From assembly GCA_038245295.1 (NCBI GenBank), contig JBBRSP010000029.1:14972-78971 (forward strand): a stretch of 64,000 bases of DNA, given 5' to 3'. Shown in pieces: positions 59,601 through 64,000 of this stretch. This stretch comes from Candidatus Binatia bacterium (GTDB taxonomy: Bacteria > Desulfobacterota > Binatia > HRBIN30). The notes below the pieces were generated by a model. That model saw only the letters and a list, made by a program, of their open reading frames with translations, was not told the DNA's origin and made no database searches. The position numbers and the translations under genes were made by a program. Numbering within the stretch: position 1 is the first letter of the stretch; every line of letters begins with the position of its first letter.

Positions 59601-60092
59601 GTCTCGCAGCGGTGGTCCCGGATTGATCAACGCCGAGAATAGCAACGGGCCGCCGGTGAGTGCGATCAGCTGACCGTTGATCTGTGCCGTTAGGGAACCG
59701 CTGTCGGGTGCCTCGTTCTCTGCGGTTATGCTCACAGCAAAGTTGAACGAGTCGACCACGGAGGCGGGCGGGGCCGTGATCCGGAGTACCCCGCCGGGCG
59801 TGGGTGAGGTCGTGGACGATGCTGTCGCCGACGCGGACGGGGATTGCGTCGCCGTTGGTATTGCTGTGGCGGTGAAAGAGCGGGTGGCGCTTGCTGCGGC
59901 CGACGCGGTTGCGGTCGGCTGACTCGCGGCGGTCGATGTCGGCGTCGGGGTGGCGGGCAGCGCCGTCCGTGTCAGCGACGGGGACGGCGACGGGGCAGGT
60001 GGAATGCCACCCGCCCCGTCATTCGATTCGCCGCAACCCACCGCGACAAGAGTAAGCCAGCACGCGGCCAGCGCGGCGAAGCGATTTGTCAT
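56646..60092 (-). CDS. PHP-domain (CehA/McbA-like) metallohydrolase lipoprotein, copy 2
   Basis: Lipobox AVGC, long Pro/Thr/Ser/Ala linker, GDYLLAN, SDLHVH, TDHN, GEE, GHF, NH, GTDSH. Confidence 0.82.
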   Translation of the reverse strand: MTNRFAALAACWLTLVAVGCGESNDGAGGIPPAPSPSPSLTRTALPATPTPTSTAASQPTATASAAASATRSFTATAIPTATQSPSASATASSTTSPTPGGVLRITAPPASVVDSFNFAVSITAENEAPDSGSLTAQINGQLIALTGGPLLFSALINPGPPLRDTNTLIVHASFGGRAVSAQKEFTYGPPKALARRINEDADLIHGPLAHSRIGDYLLANGTARFVIQDVGKRDLYSVGTYGGNIIDAELVGHPGLDNFLEIQPALNIETVINAQTVEIVNDGQDGLAAVIRTCGPDDVLDFINPSTTIEREGIGFPANANDKNYDIDGCTRYTLPPLKSFLKMETTVYNHQTADLPLFVGDYINASGEIDTWAKSTAGIGEALAGTVDTLSYIGVGEASGVDYSLVPVPNPEAPTLRSGYLTTLGVTYLLFAQSIQQAILGGAPVFVVPASGQNSFTRYFGVGDGNGGNAVAIENEVRGYTTGTLQGCVTQSGRPALGTRVSVFQRGLVANYSVDQSGCFSGSLREGAYRVAAGVRGSLFEGSGVLPQTHDFTITAGETTRQDIVFPPTGRVHVQTKERRDGGDHTVPARVTVIGFDPSVEPLVKTTVLLNDDFTGIFSDVTADPLPFGVTWVDYTGVDGEVEFPLEPGTYHVYVSRGPEYSAYDAPLTVDPDATAQVNATIVRVLDTTGFVSSDLHVHGIRSVDSRVNDDDRALQFAGEGVDNIVLTDHNSRADLSPHIAALGLSPYLHATIGEEITTWDYGHFSVYPVVVDSTRPSGGSIDWAGAAPPGDDFASEGAYCLDPTQIAAAAQQADSGSDVPPVVQVNHIDTYFAPLLINSAQVPPQSHLSLERRQAYRLDPAGGELFHAFAAMELWNGATRGAQANFLFSRFGIWINLLNQGLFSTAVAGTDSHMFRALDAAGVRTWTAASTDDPAQIDSAEVAQAIGAGKAVFGQGAYIQARLVSGDGQASTADFSRQGATLMRTTNGSVDVDIRVQAPLWGEFDQIEIYANAATVQTKTTDTVPVLFAAFPTRVLRRDADFTVDTVNVDPSVPGAQRLEAHTVVHFTDLTKDTWFVVLTRGLQPASHSMWPIVPSDLNRDLNKTLEDLLDGNLDENAVNSLAVTNALFADVDGEPGFQAVNSHVP

Positions 60093-60095
60093 CCC

Positions 60096-63000
60096 TTAGT
60101 CTTGCGCGAGCGGCGCTTGGAAGCCAGCCACCCCGTCGACATCGGCGTAAAGGGCATTCGTGGCACCGAGGGCCATGGTGCCGTGCTCGCCGAGATTGCC
60201 GTCGAGCAGATTGGCAAGGGTCATGTTGGTCGCCGGATCGAGGTCGTGCGCCATGATCGGGTACATGGGGTGCGACACGCCGTCGGTGCCGCGCACGACG
60301 ACGATGAAGTACGTGTCTTGCGATAGTCCGGTGAACGACGCCGTCACGTGTGCCTCGCGACGCTTGGCCTTCGGATTGGATGGCGCGACGTCGACCTCGT
60401 CGACGGTGAAATCGATTCCCTTCTTGAGGACACGCGTCGGTGTTGCGGTAAACAAGACGGGTGTTCCGGCGATCGTCAGGGTCGGAACAGTCGCAGCATT
60501 GGCGTAGATTTCGATCTGATCAAATTCAGCCCACAACGGCGCCTGGGCGTAGATCTGCAGGTCGACGTCGCCGTTGGTGGATTTGACCGTTGGCGCTCCA
60601 TTCAAGGTGAGATCGGCGACGGCAGCCGAGCCATCCTTGGCGACGAGTTTCGGCTGCACGTAGATGCCCTGGCCGCCGACAGCTTTGCCGGCGTTGACCG
60701 AGCGTGCCACCTGCGCCGGGTCGACCAGGCGTGGTTCGTCCGTCGCGGCGGCCGTCCACGTGCGGGCCCCGGCTGTATTGAGATTGCGGAACTCGTGGGT
60801 GTCGGTGTCGGCGATGAACGTGGTGATCAGCCCCTGGTTGAGCAGGTTGATCCAGATGCCGAGGCGATGGTTGAGGAACTCCTCTTGTGCGCCGCGGCCG
60901 GCGCCGTTCCATAGTTCGAGTGCCTTGAAGGGTTGGAATAATTCGCCGCCGTTCGGATCGAGACGGAAGGCCAGGCGCTCGGCGGGGGTGATCCGCGCTG
61001 TTGGCGGAACTGCCAGAGTGTCGACGACGAGGGGCGCGAAGAAGCTGTCGATGTGGTTGATCTGAATCGTCGTGTCGGGTGTGCTCGTGGCACCGTGTGT
61101 CGCCAACTCCTGCAGTTCCTTCGGCGTCAAGCTGAAGGCTCCGTAGGCCGGGAAGTCACGTCCCGGTGGCGCGGCGCGACCCCAGTCGGTCGAGCCCCCC
61201 GACGGACGTGTTGAATCGATCGTCAGCGGGTACGCGTTGTAGTGGCCGTAATCCCAGGTCGTGACCTCTTCGCCGATCGTTGCGTGAAGGAAGTCGCTGA
61301 GGCCGAGACTCGCGATGCGCGGGTTGAGGTCGGTATGCGAATGGTGATCGGTCATGATGACGTTGTCGATGCCTTCTCCGGAGAATTGCAGGGCGCGGTT
61401 GCGATCGCTGACGCGTGAGTCGGCGCTGCGGATGCCGTGCACGTGGAAGTCCGAAGAGATGAACCCGGTAGTATCGAGGACGCGAGCCAGCGTCGCGTTG
61501 ACGTTGGTGATGCTGCCGGCGGTGATGGTCACCGGTTCGTCGTATTCGGAGTACTCGACGCCGCGACTGGCGAAGATCTGATAGCTTCCGGGCTCGAGGT
61601 CGAAGGTCAGCTCGCCATCGGCGCCCGCATAGTCCATCCAGGTGAAGCCAAAGGGAACCGGATCGAAGATGGCGTCCGTGTAGAGGCCGGTGGTCGTAGT
61701 TCCTTGCACGCCGGTAGTCGTAAGCAACGGCTCCGGGCTCGGATCAAAACCGACGACGCTGATGCGTGCGGGCATCGGCTTGGTGGCACCGGCAATTTGC
61801 TCGACCACTTTGACGTGTAGCTTGCCGGTGTTGGGCAGTGCGATGTCCTGCACGGTGATCATGCCCTCTTCGATGGTGATGTCATGCAGCTCCGGTGTGG
61901 TGCCGGCGCCTTCGTGCGGCGAACCGCGCCGTAGGGCACCAACCTGATAGGTGTTGGGCGGCAGCGAGCCCTCGTAACAGCCGGTAGCGTCGGTCACGTA
62001 GGGTGCGACGACGCCGCGTTTGAAGACGCTGACACGCGCCCCGGGGGCCGGGCGTCCGCCTTCGGTGACACAGCCGCGCAACGTACCTGTGGCGAGGCCC
62101 TTCACTTCGTTCTCCAGTGCGACAGCGTTGCCACCGTTGCCGTCGCCGATCCCGAAGTAGCGGGTGAACGAGTTCTGCCCATTGCCCGGGACCACAAACG
62201 TGGGGGCGCCGCCGAGGATCACCTGGATGACGGAGTTGCTGTGTAGAACATACGAAACGCCGGCTGCCGTGAAGAAGCTGGAACGCAGATTGGGGGAAGC
62301 GGTTGGCGGCACCGGAACGAGCGAGTAGTCGACGCCGAGGGCTTCGCCGTAGCCGATGTAGCTGAGGACGTTCATCGAGTTGGTGAGTTGTTCACCGAGG
62401 CCGGCGCCGGAGCTGGTCCACTGTTCGACCTCACCGCTGGCGTTGACGAAGTCGCCGACGAGGAGGCCGACGGGTGTCGGGTCGTCGTTCATGATCGTCG
62501 TCACCATCTTGATGTTGGTCTTGTTCGGGCTGAGCTCGTAGTTGGTGCAACCTTGGATGTTGTAGTCCTTGTCGTCGGCGGCATCGGGAAACGGCAGGCC
62601 GGTGGCGCGGATGATGGTCGACGGATTGACGAAGTCGAGCAGATCGTCGGGACCGCAGGTGCGGATGATCGCCGGCAGTCCATCCTGGCCGTCATTGACG
62701 ATCTCCAGCGTCTGGGCGTTGATCACCGATTCGAGGTTTACCGCCGGTTGGATCTCGAGAAAATTGTCTGTTCCCGGGCGGCTGGTCAGCTCGGCATCGA
62801 TGATGTTGCCGCCGAAGGCGCCGACGCTGTAAAGATCGCGCTTGGCGATATCCTGGATAATGAAGCGCGCCTCGCTGTTGGCCAGCAGGTAATCGCCGAT
62901 GCGGCCGTGTGAGAGCGGGCCGTGGATGTATTCGGTCTCCGAGGTAATTCGTCGGGCGACGGCTTTCGGAGGCAGGTATTGAAATGTCTTGCTGATCGTC

Positions 63001-63356
63001 GAGGGGCGACCGCTGAAGGTGGCGCTGACGTCGAGGATGTTGTCATCTCGCAGTGGTGCGCCGGGGTGGATGGTCGCGACGAACCGAGTCGGGCCACCGC
63101 TGAGCGCGATGGTCTGACCGTTCACCTTGGCCTCGACCGACCCGGGGTCGGGAACACCGCCGCTCGCCTGAACTTCAATCGGAAAGGAGAAGGTTGTGAC
63201 CATGGCGGTCGCTGGTTGCACCACCACCAGGGCGGCCGCCGGCGTCGGCGTGGCGCTTGGGCCGGTCGCGGCGGGATCATCGTCACCGCATCCGGCCAAC
63301 AACGCACAACAAAGGAAAGCAAAACCAAGGCAGGCCAGGCGCTGCGTCATATCCAC
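60096..63356 (-). CDS. PHP-domain (CehA/McbA-like) metallohydrolase lipoprotein, copy 1
   Basis: Lipobox LAGC, SDFHVH, TDHH, GEE, GHY, NH, DTDTH; GAGGAG RBS (start GTG 63356 or ATG 63350). Confidence 0.82.
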   Translation of the reverse strand: MDMTQRLACLGFAFLCCALLAGCGDDDPAATGPSATPTPAAALVVVQPATAMVTTFSFPIEVQASGGVPDPGSVEAKVNGQTIALSGGPTRFVATIHPGAPLRDDNILDVSATFSGRPSTISKTFQYLPPKAVARRITSETEYIHGPLSHGRIGDYLLANSEARFIIQDIAKRDLYSVGAFGGNIIDAELTSRPGTDNFLEIQPAVNLESVINAQTLEIVNDGQDGLPAIIRTCGPDDLLDFVNPSTIIRATGLPFPDAADDKDYNIQGCTNYELSPNKTNIKMVTTIMNDDPTPVGLLVGDFVNASGEVEQWTSSGAGLGEQLTNSMNVLSYIGYGEALGVDYSLVPVPPTASPNLRSSFFTAAGVSYVLHSNSVIQVILGGAPTFVVPGNGQNSFTRYFGIGDGNGGNAVALENEVKGLATGTLRGCVTEGGRPAPGARVSVFKRGVVAPYVTDATGCYEGSLPPNTYQVGALRRGSPHEGAGTTPELHDITIEEGMITVQDIALPNTGKLHVKVVEQIAGATKPMPARISVVGFDPSPEPLLTTTGVQGTTTTGLYTDAIFDPVPFGFTWMDYAGADGELTFDLEPGSYQIFASRGVEYSEYDEPVTITAGSITNVNATLARVLDTTGFISSDFHVHGIRSADSRVSDRNRALQFSGEGIDNVIMTDHHSHTDLNPRIASLGLSDFLHATIGEEVTTWDYGHYNAYPLTIDSTRPSGGSTDWGRAAPPGRDFPAYGAFSLTPKELQELATHGATSTPDTTIQINHIDSFFAPLVVDTLAVPPTARITPAERLAFRLDPNGGELFQPFKALELWNGAGRGAQEEFLNHRLGIWINLLNQGLITTFIADTDTHEFRNLNTAGARTWTAAATDEPRLVDPAQVARSVNAGKAVGGQGIYVQPKLVAKDGSAAVADLTLNGAPTVKSTNGDVDLQIYAQAPLWAEFDQIEIYANAATVPTLTIAGTPVLFTATPTRVLKKGIDFTVDEVDVAPSNPKAKRREAHVTASFTGLSQDTYFIVVVRGTDGVSHPMYPIMAHDLDPATNMTLANLLDGNLGEHGTMALGATNALYADVDGVAGFQAPLAQD

Positions 63357-63502
63357 TCCTCATGACTCGGATGACAATTTGATGAACCCATCATTACATA
63401 AGGCGATCGTCTCCACCCGGCAACCGAAAAGGCACGGGGCCTGCGCGTACGGCTCGCTTTGCGTCGCAAAGAGCCCCAATCAAGTCTGTCGGAGACGGCC
63501 CC

Positions 63503-63588
63503 AAAGGGGACAGGACCCTTTTTACTGAGTTGAAGCCTCGAGGCAGCAACAGCCTTGTACCTACCGAAAAAAGGGACAGGACCTATTT
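63503..63588. repeat. Two REP-like GGGACAGGACC repeats next to RAYT
   Basis: AAAGGGGACAGGACCCTTTTT (63503-63523) and AAAAAAGGGACAGGACCTATTT (63567-63588). Confidence 0.6.
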
Positions 63589-63702
63589 GTGGTGGCATCC
63601 TTCATTGACTGCTCTGCCGTCATTCGAGGTGATCACGGCGGCGGAATCGCCCTGGAAACATGGAATGGTTCCCCTTCGAGGAGTTGGATGGCGATTCGCA
63701 TG

Positions 63703-63718
63703 TGGCACGAGCATTGCG
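63703..63718 (+). promoter_or_regulatory. sigma54 -24/-12 promoter upstream of RAYT
   Basis: TGGCACG-AGCA-TTGC, full consensus match; GGGAGG RBS and ATG 63743 follow. Confidence 0.6.
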
Positions 63719-63742
63719 TTTAGCCTCCGCCCGGGAGGGAGC

Positions 63743-63863
63743 ATGCCACGATCACCGCGGATTGCCCCTGGCGGGCTGGTGTACCATGTGATGAATCGTC
63801 GCGTCGGCCGGCTGACACTGTTCGAGGACGCCGGTGACTACGCGGCCTGGGAACAGGTGCTAA
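63743..63863 (+). pseudogene. REP-associated tyrosine transposase (RAYT / Y1-type), N-terminal fragment
   Basis: MPRSPRIAPGGLVYHVMNRRVGRLTLFEDAGDYAAWEQVL; similarity stops before the HUH motif. Confidence 0.7.
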
Positions 63864-64000
63864 CCCGGACTATTCATGAGGGCCTCGGCGCTCGTCGAGT
63901 GAAGGGGTGGCGATCGTGTAAATGCCAGCGCCGGGCGATTGATCGTCACGAGGGGTCAAATCGACGGTGATCAGCTGTCGGATACGGCTCGGTAATCGCC

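Overview
GC-rich bacterial DNA. A CPGDCD...VTIDELV dockerin-like module, Cys-rich secreted proteins and the PHP/amidohydrolase content suggest a Deltaproteobacteria-like lineage, possibly Ca. Binatia (inference only). About 45 genes; no rRNA, tRNA or CRISPR array seen. (1) 1-18.2 kb is a co-directional minus-strand mosaic island: general stress protein, PPK2, truncated pgm, two cytoplasmic GH144-like glucanases, a CusCBA-type Cu/Ag pump, phosphoketolase, DUF389, Na+/H+ antiporter, LolA-like protein and an AtpZ/AtpI-like gene, plus several gene remnants. (2) 18.7-26.2 kb holds a Phd/zeta-like toxin-antitoxin pair and a Crp/Fnr-esterase-Prs-beta-CASP-AMP/thymidine phosphorylase block. (3) 29.6-37.8 kb is the best candidate for an undescribed system. 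An Lnt-like acyltransferase is translationally coupled to a PDZ-like/multi-TM/GAF histidine kinase, divergent from a sensorless kinase, a sigma54 activator and a LuxR-type regulator. Two sigma54 promoters here share the same enhancer layout (two GGGCA-N6-TTCCC boxes 32 bp apart, the first 91-92 bp upstream of the -24 GG). (4) A 1956-aa secreted ORF appears to be two proteins joined in frame. (5) The rest contains detox/catabolic genes, tandem PHP-domain lipoproteins, two REP-carrying MITEs and a truncated RAYT. All calls come from reading motifs by eye; no database searches were run.
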